A model generated the notes under the pieces. That model saw nothing but the letters and a program-made list of their open reading frames with translations, did not search any database and was not told where the DNA came from. A stretch of DNA of 56,640 nucleotides, the filler included, from Sphacelaria rigidula (lineage: Eukaryota), in assembly GCA_964200075.2 (NCBI GenBank). It is 5 parts of 5 records of this genome, joined end to end, with 100 filler letters (N's around TTAATTAATTAA, not from the genome) between each part and the next. Parts side by side here need not be neighbours in the genome. Positions count along the whole stretch, not along the records: positions 22,699 to 33,946 come from CAXNAA020005172.1; positions 34,047 to 45,293 come from CAXNAA020005173.1; 3 more parts are not named here. One strand, given 5' to 3'. The position numbers and the translations under genes were made by a program. This document shows, one piece after another, positions 24,371 through 36,874 of this stretch (position 1 is the stretch's first letter; the number at the start of each line of letters is the position of its first letter).

Positions 24371-26323
24371 CTTGTCTACCCTGTGCACAAAGGAATAGTT
24401 AAACTCCGGACTGGCAGAGGGCGGGTCGGGTTGCACCGTCTCCGACGTGAACGTTTCCCCCAGCAAATCGTATTGGCAGTACGCCGACCCGCATGTGAGG
24501 GGCAGCCCAGTACAGCCCTTGATTTCGAATCTGTAAGCCCAAGGCAACCCTACCAGATCCTGCAAGAAACCGAAAATATGCCGAGCGCAGATACGCACAA
24601 GACGAGTTGAAGGAGAACTTTGTTGTTGTTGTTGTTGTTGTTGTTGCTGCTGCTATTATTTTTTTTATTTCAAAGATAATTCTGGGCTGTGCAGATGGCG
24701 TTTGTTTGTTCGTTGCCCACCACCCACCTAGACAGTGTGTGCTCTACTGTATTCTTTGCGCACGTCGTCGCACAAAGCTTAGAGCTCATTTAGTGCCATA
24801 GATAGGTGATGACTTGTAACAAACAGTACATGCAAGGATGTAGAAAGTTCCACTACTACTCCTGGTTTTCTGGATTTTTCTTGTTCTTGTTTTTGTTTCT
24901 GTCTCTGTTTTTATCGTGCTCCCAACAATGCTGCGCCCTTCCCTCGGCGCGAGTTCGAAGCCCTACCGCAAGGAAGGGATTAAACGATCCATATTCCCCC
25001 TCGGCACTTTCCTTGTACTTTCGTTGACGAGCTTTGGATCGGCACTCCCGCGGGCTGCCGACAGCCATCAAATTATGTCACCCACCCGCCTCGCGCTCAT
25101 CATACCTCCTTATTGGACGACCAAAAAAACAAATTTTAGAGAATAAAAAGCTTCGCTTCTACTGTCTTGATCCACAGCCATTCCGAAAACCCGCTTACAA
25201 GTCGGTCGGGGTGATTATTCAAACCAAGTTACAGTATTACGGGACGCTGCAATTCACCGTCAATGTATATATATATACATGAGAGAGTAGGTTTTCGCTG
25301 TAAACAGAGCGGTGGCCGCCTTGTAGAGTAGGTACAGCAGTGCCGCAAAGCTGGCTTTCGACCGCACGTAGCAATGGCCAATACTGTATACTTACATATG
25401 GTTAAACGTGCGTTCGACTTCCCGAGTGCGTATAGTAACAATGCGACTGACTCCTCCGTCTGGCGGTGGGTTCATGTGTGCGCCATTTGGTTATAAATGT
25501 TTTGAGACATGAGATATGTATTTTTATATATATACTCATGTGCATACGAAGGAATGCTACAAAGCACAAAACTTGATACCTAATTAATTCATTAATTATT
25601 CATTAATTGATTGATTGATTTATTAATTGATTTACCTAAATTAATGAATTCATTGTGCGCCAACTTTCAGCAGCGTTTCTTTTCAGTATGGCTACGTATT
25701 CATCGATTAAAATGCACCGGGTTCATCTTTCATTTCATGACAGTCTCTCATTGATTTGAAGGCTATCGTACTATGGAAGACAAGCATGTACAAAGATCCC
25801 TTAGAATCTTCGCGCGCTCGAACAAAGCGTAAATAATAATAATTGTAGCAAGAGCGTCTCCAAAGGCAGGACAGGACCTCGCTGTGCTACACTTTTTTTC
25901 TTTCGTGATCACCTGGGGAGAGTCTATTTCTGGAAGCTCGATGTCTCCGCTATCGTCCGCTTCCGGATCGACCGTTTTTCCTTCGGCGCCGAGAGCCAGA
26001 GGGTACCACGCAGCCTCCAGCGTGCCTACCTCGTCGTAGGGAGCCCGTACGTTCTTGATCACCGTGAGCCTCTCCTCTTTCTGCGGAATTCGCGTGGATG
26101 TCATTGTCGTGGCTGGTGAATCATCACGTTCAAGAAAGAGAACAATCTTGACACACACGTAATAATAATGTGGAAGTGATACCTATGTCAGCGTATGTAT
26201 GTATTACACACATAAATCACGCGGTTCTGATCTTATTTTTATGTATGTTTTCCCGACGGCACGTGGATATGAAACGTATTGTTGTATGTGCTGTCTCGGA
26301 TAGATGCTTACACTATTTGCCAG

Positions 26324-26358
<35 letters not shown>

Positions 26359-29187
26359 TTACTACTACTACTGTGCGGCGGCGTACGTGCGTGAGAGGTC
26401 AAGCACGGACCAAGTGAAACCAGATCGATGATTAAATAGGTCGAAGGGGATGGTTGGATACAGCGAAGGATCCGAAGGTCGGAAGGATGAACGATTCGTC
26501 TGGAAATTAGTAGATCTCAGTGTAATTGATTCGTACCGTACGAATCAATCCTTGGGCTTTGTTCACAGTTTTGCACTCAGGCTACACTCACCCCAGGCAC
26601 GTGGAATGGCGTCACATTTGCGTGAAGACATTTTTGATTGGCGGCCGATTTTTTTCTCTCTCTTTCGAGAAATTAGGCCTAAAAGATCGTGGATTTGGTG
26701 ATTCGAACCGGCGGTGATTAGTCCGAACCGTGTGAGGATCGACAACAGTAGTAGTCAGTAGATGGGTTGATATACACCGCAAAACAATTGGATAGATGAT
26801 GATGACAGTCCTTCGCGGGTAGATCACCTGGGAACTCCGTTTCTTCTGTGGGTTCCGAGTATGTACTTTCAAACGACAGCTGAGCTATGTCTATACTACT
26901 GTATTTCGAAAATAGATTGAACATGTACCTTAACTTGGAAAAATCGTGATCTTTTTCCGCCGCGAGGCCGTGAAACGGAATGAACCGTGTTGGTGTTGTG
27001 TTTCTTTCAGAGGTTTACACGTTACACGTTCACATTACGTTCATCACGTCTGCAGAATTCAATCACCACGTTACGTTTCGCTTCGCACTTTGAAAAACTT
27101 AACGTAACTTTAACGTTTCATTTGAAAATTTTAATGTTACGCTCACGTTTCGTTTGGCACGTAAAACAAAACTACCGTTACATTTCGTTATATGTAACGT
27201 ATTATGAAACGCTTCATGAAACGTTTTACATTTAATGTAACGTTCAATTGACACGTGTAACGTTTGAATGTAACGTTTCATTCTGTGCATATTGCGGTTC
27301 ATTTACCAGTGTTTATGGCGTTGTAACGTGTCGTGTAACGCGTGACGCCGCCGTATACATGACGCTGACGTTAGCCCGCCGTATGTTCGAGCGTCGGCGC
27401 ATCATCTGATTGTGAACGTTACTTTCCTTATAGTGTATCGTTCATTCGTTTTTGACCGTAATATTTTCATATCTCCTCTTTTCTTTTCATCTTTTTGTTT
27501 TCAATGTTCAAAGGCTTGCTCCTTCGCACGACAGCACATACTGTACACATGATTGAACGCCGGCTCGAGTCGTCCTAGCATTACGCAGACAAAACTATAT
27601 TGGGTACCCTTGGTTGTATATATGTGTGCATGTGTACATGAACAGATAAAATAATTCATCACGGCCGTCAAAGGCAAGCGTACGTATGTATGCATTTATG
27701 TATGTATGACAGGTTTACCCCGCGGTCCAGGTAATCAAAGCATTTTTCTAGCATGGCAAGCTTTTGTTGCACTGTACACAGATGGATTGTTTCATTTGAA
27801 AATTTAGCGTTTACGTTCCATTACGTTTATTACATAAAAAAAATTAACGTTCACGTCACGTTTCGGCCAAAACATAACGTGAATGTAACGTGTAACGTTG
27901 TGGCACGTGTAACGTGTAGAGCCCTGGTTTATCAAAGCACAATCTTTTAGATTTTCAAAATTCATTGAAAACCTGAAGTGTGCACCGCTTGATGTAACAT
28001 GTTTATGGCGTTTCATGTAACGTGGAACGTACTGTGAAACGTTTTATGTAACGTGAAATGTCTAATGCACATGTAACGTGTAATAGACATTACACGTTCC
28101 ATGAAACGTCTCGTATTACGTGTTTTGAACGTTTGAACAGTTCAACGTTCACCTTATGTTTCGTTTGGCAAGTTGAAAAAAAAAATGTTATGCTAGCGTT
28201 TCATTTGAAATTTAACGCTACGTTCACGTTTCGTTTGGCACGTAAAAAAAGGATAACGTTCACGTTACGTTTCGGGGCCATGCGCGAAGTGAAGGTAACG
28301 TGTAACGTTGTGGCACGTGTAACGTGTAGACCCCTGTCTTTTTCGACACGACATTATGTTGGGCAGTGTAAGTTTGTACGATTTTGCACGTTTGTTTTTC
28401 GTTTTTTCGACCCATAGCTATACCGCTCACACACGGCAAAAACCATCGAAGTACGTCGGAATCCTCCCAAGGGAGGGTCATGCTACGCAAGGTGGGGGGG
28501 TCTTTTGGGCCATCTCTTCCACGAAATTCCTCTTCGAATCGTCGTTAAAACCAGCAACGGTTGTGCAAACGCGCTTCTACTGATGGAAAACACCCATTCA
28601 TACTACTTGACATCCTTTCTACCCGAACCTAGGCGCACCGCGAGTGTGTAAGGTCGTCTAACATACCTATGGGCACTTTTTTTTCGTGGAATGACCCCCC
28701 CCCCCCCCCCCCCCCTATCGTAGCAGACCCGAGGTTACATCGTTACCCGCATAGTTGTCTTGTTCCCGTGATAAACGCTGCCGAAGGGCCAAAGCACTAT
28801 ACGCACTTTTGATATGGTTTGTATTCTCGGTCCCAATAGAAGTTGTGTGACGAATAGAATCCAGTACCATGGTGCAAAAACATGTCTTCGTGTCATGCAG
28901 TTGGTATGTGTACTATCAGCAGTACTTCAGTATTCGCACGTGCACACACGCGCACGCACACACGATGGGGTATGACACACGATGGAGTATGGCACACGAT
29001 GGAGTATGATACACAATGGAATATGACACACACACACCTCAGTGGCCATCATGTAGACGATAGGCTCCGTGAAGAGTGTTGACACGCCAAGTTGGTGGGT
29101 TCCCTCGAGAAGCAGCAGACTAGGATCGTGCTCCGGGGGCACATCGTAGTGCCTCTCGTTGTCAAGAGCGGCTCGTAGCTGCGCCAC
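24371..29187 (-). CDS. Protein with kinesin-3 (KIF28-like) tail / C2-like domain; partial
   Basis: Phase-0 exons 29187-29038 (VAQLRAAL...PEHDPSLLLLEGTHQLGVSTLFTEPIVYMMATE), 26080-25913 (KEERL...EVGTLEAAWYPL...ELPEIDSPQ) and 24559-24371 (DLVGLPWAYRFEIKGCTGLP..AYCQYDLLGETFTSETV..SPEFNYSFVHRVDK). The pattern resembles the C-terminal C2-like region of protist kinesin-3 proteins. No motor domain is in this segment. Confidence 0.75.
26323..26371. repeat. (CTA)n microsatellite
   Basis: About 15 tandem CTA units. Confidence 0.95.
27008..28336. mobile_element. hAT-like non-autonomous element(s) with ACGT-rich subterminal arrays and two right ends
   Basis: Left end CAGAGGTTTACACGTTAC; right ends GTAACGTGTAGAGCCCTG (27926) and GTAACGTGTAGACCCCTG (28336); dozens of AACGT/TTACGT motifs. 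Confidence 0.75.
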
Positions 29188-30315
29188 CTGAGGCAAGATG
29201 GGGGAAGGCAGCCCGCGTCGAACGGCGAGCGATCGTACACATCCACTCATCCATTCACTCGTTCCACAAAAAAATAGGAAGAAGGGAACCCGACAGACGG
29301 CATCTTGATGACTATATAGAAAACGAGAGGCTGTTCCTTCGACGATGTTGTTTTTGTCAAATCAGTATGTTTCATGTTAATAGTTCAATCTCACCTCAAC
29401 ACATTGCACCACCGAGGAGAAAGACAAAACGTGTTCTGCCCTGATTTTTCGCTGTACTCAGTGCTGTATTGTGCAAATCATCATCGTGCATACCCTCGGC
29501 TCACAGGACCCGTCCCCTCTTGAGGTACATGAGTTATTGAATCACTTAATTAGTTGATGTATGTTGGGATATGGTTTTTATTTTTTGAACAGGGGGAAAA
29601 CAATATGGTGTCTTTACGGAAAACATATGATACACTTACAGCCCCTCCTTTGATCCACTGTACAAGCCAGGTGGGGGGAAAAGAACAGGGTAACTCCGGC
29701 AGAAAAACGTTGTGATTTCTGTCACTACGACGATTTTGGTTATCGCTGCATACCGAACGCTTTGCTGATAACTCCCGAATACTACCGGTGAGCCAAGGTG
29801 CCACTCCCTTTCCCCCTAACCCCACGAGGTGCAGACCTGACGTGACCTCCAACCCACATTGAAAAATCTCCCGTTTCGTAGCTTCAACACTATCTTCTGT
29901 CCGCCATATCCGTGATGGACAGGGATGCCGCTGAGACAAAAAGAAGGGCGTATTCTGAACGCTGATGGGAGGAGGGACGTGATTGACGAGCTCCTGGCAA
30001 GGATAATCGACGAAGTGTTCTCCAAGTTCGTTCACCCGAATAACTCACGTAGGGCTAGAGGGTATATAATTTGCGCCGTGGTATAACTGTGATGTTGGGG
30101 ACGACAGTAAAAAACATGTCCAGTGTGCAGCAAAAAAACACCCTTTCAAAACAATATTTTTCGGCAGGATTTGTGTGTTGTGTCGCCTCGAACCCCGTCA
30201 GACAGGCTCCCGAGCTTGCCACGAAAATGAAACCAACGCACCCCCGGGGTGGTCGAGCTATTTGTTCCCCACTATCCCCATATGTTTCTGAATGAATGTA
30301 AATCCATGCAGTTGT

Positions 30316-30758
30316 AACAGCCGGTCATCGACATTGAGGATGGAGCTATTCATTGAGGATGAGAACCCGGAGGATTAAAATCTTCGTATCCACATCAAAT
30401 ATTCGAAATATGGTTCCATTCCTTCAATTACTGGTAGCCATTGACAACTAATACACGTCATACAAATTTGGATTTCGATAACCGAAATGTTGGGGTCCTA
30501 TGTGAAAAATCCATTTTGGGGAATTTCGGCGATCCGATCGGATCACCTCGGTTCCAAAAATTGTTTCTTCATCTAGGACCCCAGCATTTCGCTTATCGAG
30601 ATCGAAACTTGTAGGGCGTGTAGCAGTTGTCGATACCTACCCTTAGGTGAAGGAATGAAACCATATCTCGAAGATTCGGTATGGATACGAAGATTTGAAT
30701 CCTCCGGTTTCTCGACCTCAATGGAAAGCTCCATCCTCAATTTCGATGAGTGGCTGTT
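30316..30758. mobile_element. ~440-bp fold-back MITE
   Basis: AACAGCC..TCATCGA.ATTGAGGATGGAGCT ... AGCTCCATCCTCAATTTCGATGAGTGGCTGTT; arms pair to a central GATCCGATCGGATC. Confidence 0.88.
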
Positions 30759-31527
30759 CTATATTATGGCGTCTATCGTCCAGAAATCATCCCTGAACTC
30801 GCCCAAGCACCCACGAGGCTCGCAGTGTGCTCTTTAGAAACTCGGCTTGTAAACCATGAAGTATACAATATTTTGCCTTTCGACAACGGTGGACTCAAAA
30901 GAAGTAGTGTCACGGAATTAAGGGTTTACCTCGCAGGCATTCACGGGATACCCCGGTCTTCGCATGCGGTTCGCAAGATCGAAAACTTGATCTGAAATTG
31001 TGCCACAATTGCGCAGAGTTCAGAGGGGAACCGAATTATTCCCTCGCCGACGAAAAAAAATCGAAATGTTTTACAAAATCATGAAAAGTGAGCCAAATTA
31101 GATTGGTAGAGACACAATGGTTGATATACAATGCAAACCGCGACCAGACACTCTAAGTTTGGCCGATGGCAGGGCTTTGGAACTCGATGGTAGAAGATGA
31201 CGTTCAGAAGAATGACGGTTGTCCGTTGATGTTTAAAAATGCTGTCGAATCATTATCCAGAACAACAACAAATACAAGGTTGAGAATCTTCAGTATGCAG
31301 TTCTAGCTAGAGGTAGCAAGAATTGTCACTGAAGCTCTAACCTAGGAGAAAACCAGAAATCGTGCGATGCATTCGAGTATTCACCGGCCAGCCAAGAAGT
31401 AACATACATAATAGAGAGTTTCAGAAAACGCTTCCTCGTCATTTCAGAGTGAAAATATCTCAGAATCGGAGTGTAGAATGAAAAGAAACACCTCATCGAG
31501 AAACAGTCAAGGGGATATCACATTTAA

Positions 31528-31645
31528 CCCTTTTGGAACCCATTGACGATTTTTGTTTTTGTGAATCGGCATTGTTTTCATTCATTTTCAAGTCAAAATG
31601 ATGCCGATTCACGAAAACAAAAATCGTCAGTGGGTTCCAAAAGGG
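31528..31645. mobile_element. piggyBac-type palindromic MITE, copy 2, intact TTAA TSD
   Basis: TTAA-CCCTTTTGGAACCCA...TGGGTTCCAAAAGGG-TTAA. Confidence 0.9.
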
Positions 31646-31717
31646 TTAACGGAGGGGGAAATAAGAGTTCGTTACACTCTGATCCTGAGGTATTTGCACT
31701 CTGAAATGACAAAAATG

Positions 31718-32119
31718 CAGAGCTCGGAAATGGTACCAGTTATAACTGGCCATTGTCATTATAATGGTAATAATGGTAATGGTTATGAAAAAATTAGATA
31801 TTGGTTTCAAACCATTATTTACCGTTACCGGCTTTATGAGCCATTACCGACTACGTATGCTACATACAGCCCTTGAAAATTGGCTCAATTTTAACTTCTA
31901 TTTTAGCTCTAGTGAAGGTAAATCGCGTTAAAACGTGCCTCCGGCACGGCGACTCTAGGGGGGCCCTCCGACGGGGTCCACTCTGCCGGGAGGGGCTTTT
32001 TGGCTCGCGGCTGCACCGCTCGATGACCAAACCATTATGTACCATTTAACTGGTTAATGAGTGCGCTACGCGTAACCATTTGACCGGTTAATGGTTAGAC
32101 AAACCATTTCCGAGCTCTA
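31718..32119. mobile_element. hAT-type MITE with 8-bp TSD
   Basis: TIR CAGAGCTCGGAAATGGT / ACCATTTCCGAGCTCTA; TSD CAAAAATG / CAAAAAAG; repeated AATGGT/ACCATT subterminal motifs. Confidence 0.85.
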
Positions 32120-32179
32120 CAAAAAAGCGTTTTCCGAAACTCTCTAATATATATATATACATGTACTGTATAGGTGCGA

Positions 32180-33200
32180 ATTCCCACCGTTTGCGAAGCA
32201 AGGTGGGCCACCTCGCACACAATGCCACGCCTCTCGACACTACTGCGAACAGCTAGTCGACGTGGCGCCGGCCGGTAGACCATTGGGCCCGGATGACCTC
32301 CTTGTCGGCGATGCATCCGCCACCGAGGCGACGGCCAGGTACCGCAGCAGGATATCTGGCAACGGGGTGCTGGCGACTCAGAGAGCCCAGCGTTCCGATG
32401 CCGTCAGAACCATTTCACGAGGGGAATACGTTCTAATGGAGAGGAGGCTCTCTGACATCGGAGTCTACGTGACCAGACGATGTCCGGGGTGCGGCGCGGC
32501 AGACGTCACCACCCGCCATGCACGCATCTGTCACCGGGCGGGAGCCCAGAGGTGAACAAATACTAACCGCTGGTACACGTAAATTGCGAGACAAATACCT
32601 CGAACGGTTAGAAGTGAAGACGACAGCGGGGGGAATTACGGTACCTCGTTTTCACTGCGGACCGAAACACTACCGGATGGACAGCGTCTTGTCAGTCGGA
32701 GAACATCATCATGTCACCAAACACGCAAGTAAACGCTATCGAGAGAAGGGTCTCCTGATTGACGTAACGCACGTCGGCCCCCCAGCCGGCGGAACACCCC
32801 CTTCGACGAGGAAGCTACAACATCGACGGCTTTGCAGCTGCAACATGTATCTGAGGTACGAAAAAAAGCGAACGCTACGCTAGTTAAGGGATACTTATAC
32901 TTCGATCACCGTTGCTTCGAAACTGACCACCCTGGCGGTGGAGAGCTTCGGGCGCCTCGGGAAGTGCGAGGACGAAGTTTTCGGCCAAACAGCTGCCAGT
33001 GTCGTGGGAGGAGACGAGGGGAAAGGAATGCCAACAACACGGGGTTCTTCTAGACGAGATTGGAAAGGTGATATCGGTGACAACCTAGGTCGCCATCTCC
33101 AGGATGGTGCAACGCTACTGCTCAGCACTGCGAGGGAGACAACAGACGGCTGGAGGTGGTAGCCTTAACCTAAGGGTGTGGGATTGGAACTTAGACGGGC
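32180..33200 (+). pseudogene. 3' remnant of RLE-type (CRE/R2-group) non-LTR retrotransposon: CCHC finger plus restriction-like endonuclease
   Basis: Frameshifted ORFs give CPGCG..HARIC (CCHC), YRMD...LLIDVTH and LAVESFGRLG, in the usual order of RLE domains; stops and frameshifts present. Confidence 0.75.
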
Positions 33201-33946
33201 TTGGAGACTGGACGCGCCGTGTTTGGGGTAGCAATAACTCCCCCTCGGCAACATATCACATAGGCAACTGTTCCTTTCAAGGTGCTACTTCCATCTTTGC
33301 TGTAAGACGTGTGGGTTCCCACGTTTTGTCATCAGATTCAAGTACTTGTTCCGCTTCGGCACTTTCTGTTCTGTCGTAGCTGGTTCTCTAGTATATGTTA
33401 TTCATTTCGTGCTGTTCGGGATGTTTGGTCCGGTCTGGTCGATTGATTGTCGGTGTTGAACGGTTCCATTATTTTTCTTCCTCTTTTGATGTGCTTGCTA
33501 CGAATGGAGTTTCCATTTTTCTTCAGCAATCTGGTGATTTGTTTTACGGTGATATGCGCATAGATATATATATATATATATACATTATGCATGCGTGCTA
33601 AGGACAACCGATATTTTTGCCTGAGAGTTATGCCGCGATTGGCTCCCCTCCAAACCAGCCTCAAAGCTGTCACGAAGAAAATAGCTATACAGCGCATGAT
33701 AGCTGGTTTCAGACTTCATCAAGCCCCTCACATGAGCGACATTGGCGAAAACGATTTCAAGCATGGCAATTCTCACCTGCTCGGCGTACTCGGCTTTTGT
33801 AATCTTGGTTCACATGTAGATTTTGCCTCTCAAATCAACTATTTCTCTGCGGGGCTATCGCGGCATCACTCTTGAGCGTGGAAGAAACGTAATAAGCTAC
33901 GGAAGGAAAGTAATGAGCGCCGGCATGTTGGAGGTGTCTCTATTAG

Positions 33947-34046
33947 NNNNNNNNNNNNNNNNNNNNNNNNNNNNNNNNNNNNNNNNNNNNTTAATTAATT
34001 AANNNNNNNNNNNNNNNNNNNNNNNNNNNNNNNNNNNNNNNNNNNN
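33947..34046. other. Artificial 100-bp contig spacer
   Basis: N44-TTAATTAATTAA-N44. Confidence 0.97.
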
Positions 34047-34192
34047 GTTGTTTACGCTATACTGCCATCGCAATTTCCTCATGTCTCTGTTTGTTTTTAG
34101 TGAGTACATTCCCAACTCTGCTCTCTTATGATTCAGGGGGGAGGGGGAGGTAAATACGCAAACACTACGCATGTAGCTTTGAGAAGGAACGA

Positions 34193-34268
34193 AGGAGAAG
34201 GAGAGAGAGAGAAAGAGGGAGAGAGAGGGAGAGAGAGGGAGAGAGAGAGAGGGAGAGAGAGAGAGAGA
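34193..34268. repeat. (GA)n-rich microsatellite
   Basis: Imperfect GA/GGGA repeat. Confidence 0.9.
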
Positions 34269-34754
34269 ACTCTTAAACGCGACAAGTTCTTCTACACGGA
34301 TTATTCGTTTTTCTAAAGCATGTCTTCCCGAGATAGTAATATATCATCTTTGTTGTCTGTTGTGCCTCTTCTGTTTTTTCTTCAATCATCTTCCGCGAGT
34401 GTTTCAGGCTTGTTTTGTCTCGGGTGCGTCGATCATGTTGGACAATGACCACGGCTGGATCCTGACTCCTGGGGGGTCGATTATAGTGCGGCAATCAAGC
34501 AATCAAGCTATCAAGCTATCGACTTCACGATAGCTCGCCTGTCCCAGGAACAAGCCACACCACGAAGAAGCCGTCAATGTCAGCTTCTCCTCGTGTACGA
34601 ACTTTGTACCAGATGAAGGCATTGGATGCGTACTTCCATACAACATTGGCCACTTGTGTGTCTTCAACAGTCTAGCGGGTGTCCCCCCCTCTCCGCGATA
34701 TGATTAAAAAAACCCAACAAGTCTGCTCACTCATTACACCTGTACGTAAAGCCA

Positions 34755-35072
34755 GCCGCCGCGCCACGGTAGTGTCAAGGTATAACTGACACCATTAGGG
34801 CGAAAAGAACGCGGGTTTGATCCCCGCCGGATGCGTTTGTGTTCGTTCTTCAAACTCTCTGGTTTCTGTCGGACGAAGCGAGATGACGTTATTAGACTAA
34901 AATACTATGATATTGACTGAGTTGTTTTGACGGTAAGCGACGCGGTGCGGGAATGCTGATAGTCATTATCCAATCGGCGAGACCAAAATGCAAGGCGTGT
35001 ACAGGGGGAGAGATGGGTTGATCCCTTGAGACCACGGACTCGTGACGATGAATAGGAGGGGTTCAAAGTGCG
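34755..35072 (+). mobile_element. tRNA-derived SINE family B
   Basis: Head GCCGCCGCGCCACGGTAGTGTCAAGG...GGGTTTGATCCC; body aligns to 11784-12090. Confidence 0.85.
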
Positions 35073-35150
35073 ACGGAATATTCTTATATGTATATACGAA
35101 TAGTAGACAGCGATATATGAATACACAAGCAACACGTGAAACGTTCTGAC

Positions 35151-36824
35151 CTGATAGGCCGCCCATCGATTTCGATGTTGCGCTACCGAGCTCATCTTGG
35201 CGAGCCTGGGTGCGGTCGCACGAGCCATGGCGACAATTTGAAGTGCGAGTTGCTTGTCGTCTTCTTGCTCCTCTTCGAGGCGCATCAGCTCGCGCATCTG
35301 TGTGATCACAGCACGCCACCATAACGGCAAGGAGAGTAACGGACCAAGAGAGTTGTTTTCAAGAAGCACCACACGTACATTGAGAAGCCTTTTCTCGACA
35401 TTTCTGGGGTTCTGCGACCCCTGTCCCTCACACCGTTTCCACGCAACGGTTTCCACCACGACCGGGTATACAACCAGTTGAGTATGACCCCACCGGAAGA
35501 TAAAGCTCTCCACAGGGAGTTATCTGCCTTTCACGTTTTGCTACTATGCAGTAGTACGCAGAAGGAACGCTCGAGACACACTTCCGTCAGCTGCTGACGA
35601 ATGGCGACGCATGACAGGGTTGAGAGCAAGGGGGAGCACAGCCAAGCAAACCGCGGAGGGGTTGAGGGAGAGGGTCTAGCCTCCTTCCTGCTCACGAGAG
35701 GTTTTTTGTTTCTCATCTTTGTGTTTTCTCGTGCATGTCTCTCGCCGACGACAGAAGTGGAATGAGAAAACAATTACCCATAGTCTAGATAGGGTGGCGG
35801 GAAAAGAGTATTTTCTGAACGTGGGCAGCGCCAGCACGATCAGGAACAAAGGAACCTCGCAAATTATCGTCCCAGGTCCAACCTGCAGGCTATCCAAGGA
35901 AAATGTAAACCGCACGTGTAAACAGTGTCTACAGAACGTTCCCGATGGCGGGTGGGTGGCGATCACGAGCTATATTTGCCAAGAATATCTCTGTTACAAG
36001 CATGATAATCACCCCCTCCCCTGCTGCCAGGATGAGATAAGGGATAAGGATTAAAACGTATCGGCACTGGCCAACGGACTACGCGAAGTAGTTGAAGGTG
36101 CGATTTCGGGTGGGGAACCTGGACCTGCCAGAGAGAGGAAAGAGGTATGCCAGTAGTCGTGTGGAGGAGAAAGTAGATGCACAGAATTGCCTCTGCGGCG
36201 AAGCAGTAGGAAGTAGAACTCATATAGTGGCAGGATAGGGACTAAACAAGGACGAGCGAGACGTGTTAGAGGGGGAAATGTGGGATTTAAACAAAGGTGA
36301 CACGAAATCGTTTTGGTATATTAGACAGTAGCAAGAAAACGATCGCTATACTAGGAGATGGGCGGTGGCCACAGACGGCGAAACAGGAAGGGCCAAAGAT
36401 ATGTAAAGTGGTTTTGTGTATTGCATGAAAGAACAGCAATGAACGCCCAAATGTTGGAGATGTGTCCCTATTAGGAGAAGGGACGGTGCTCCGTCTCGAA
36501 AGGGATGCGTAATCAACGGTCAACCGACTGAGGCAAGGAACATGTGAGTACGCCCTCCCCCCTCGGCCGCCGTAATCACTCACGCATCTTTCCTCCGTAA
36601 GCATGAGGCCGCTCTCGCGAGTCTTGGTATCCCTTTCAGCGCGATACAGCTGGGCGCACATGTCACCCTCTGCCTCCATGCCGACTCGCTCCGCCTGTTG
36701 CGCGGCCCGGTCTAACTGCCACACCTGTGTTGATAGAATGCAACAAGATTCATGCAATCACGCCATCTTCTTGCAATCAGTGGCCTGGTGATAAACCAGG
36801 TTCCCTGCCCCGACTCGTGAAACA

Positions 36825-36874
<50 letters not shown>

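Larger units (their letters stand above)
31412..32146. mobile_element. Outer palindromic MITE hosting two nested insertions
   Basis: TAGAGAGTTTCAGAAAACGC...GTCATTTCAGAGTG pairs with CACTCTGAAATGAC...[insertion]...GCGTTTTCCGAAACTCTCTA. Confidence 0.8.

Noticed and set aside
26170-26394. Poly-Leu ORF (and poly-Pro/Gly ORFs at 44439-44807)
   Set aside because: They are translations of the (CTA)n microsatellite and poly-C tract.
27008-28336. CRISPR-like or iteron array
   Set aside because: The motifs are short and irregular with no constant repeat-spacer period, have TIRs at the ends, and sit in a eukaryotic context with no cas genes.
33250-33880. Extra upstream exons for the seg3 gene
   Set aside because: Several candidate AG/GT pairs exist, but none gives a convincing phase-consistent, homologous peptide.
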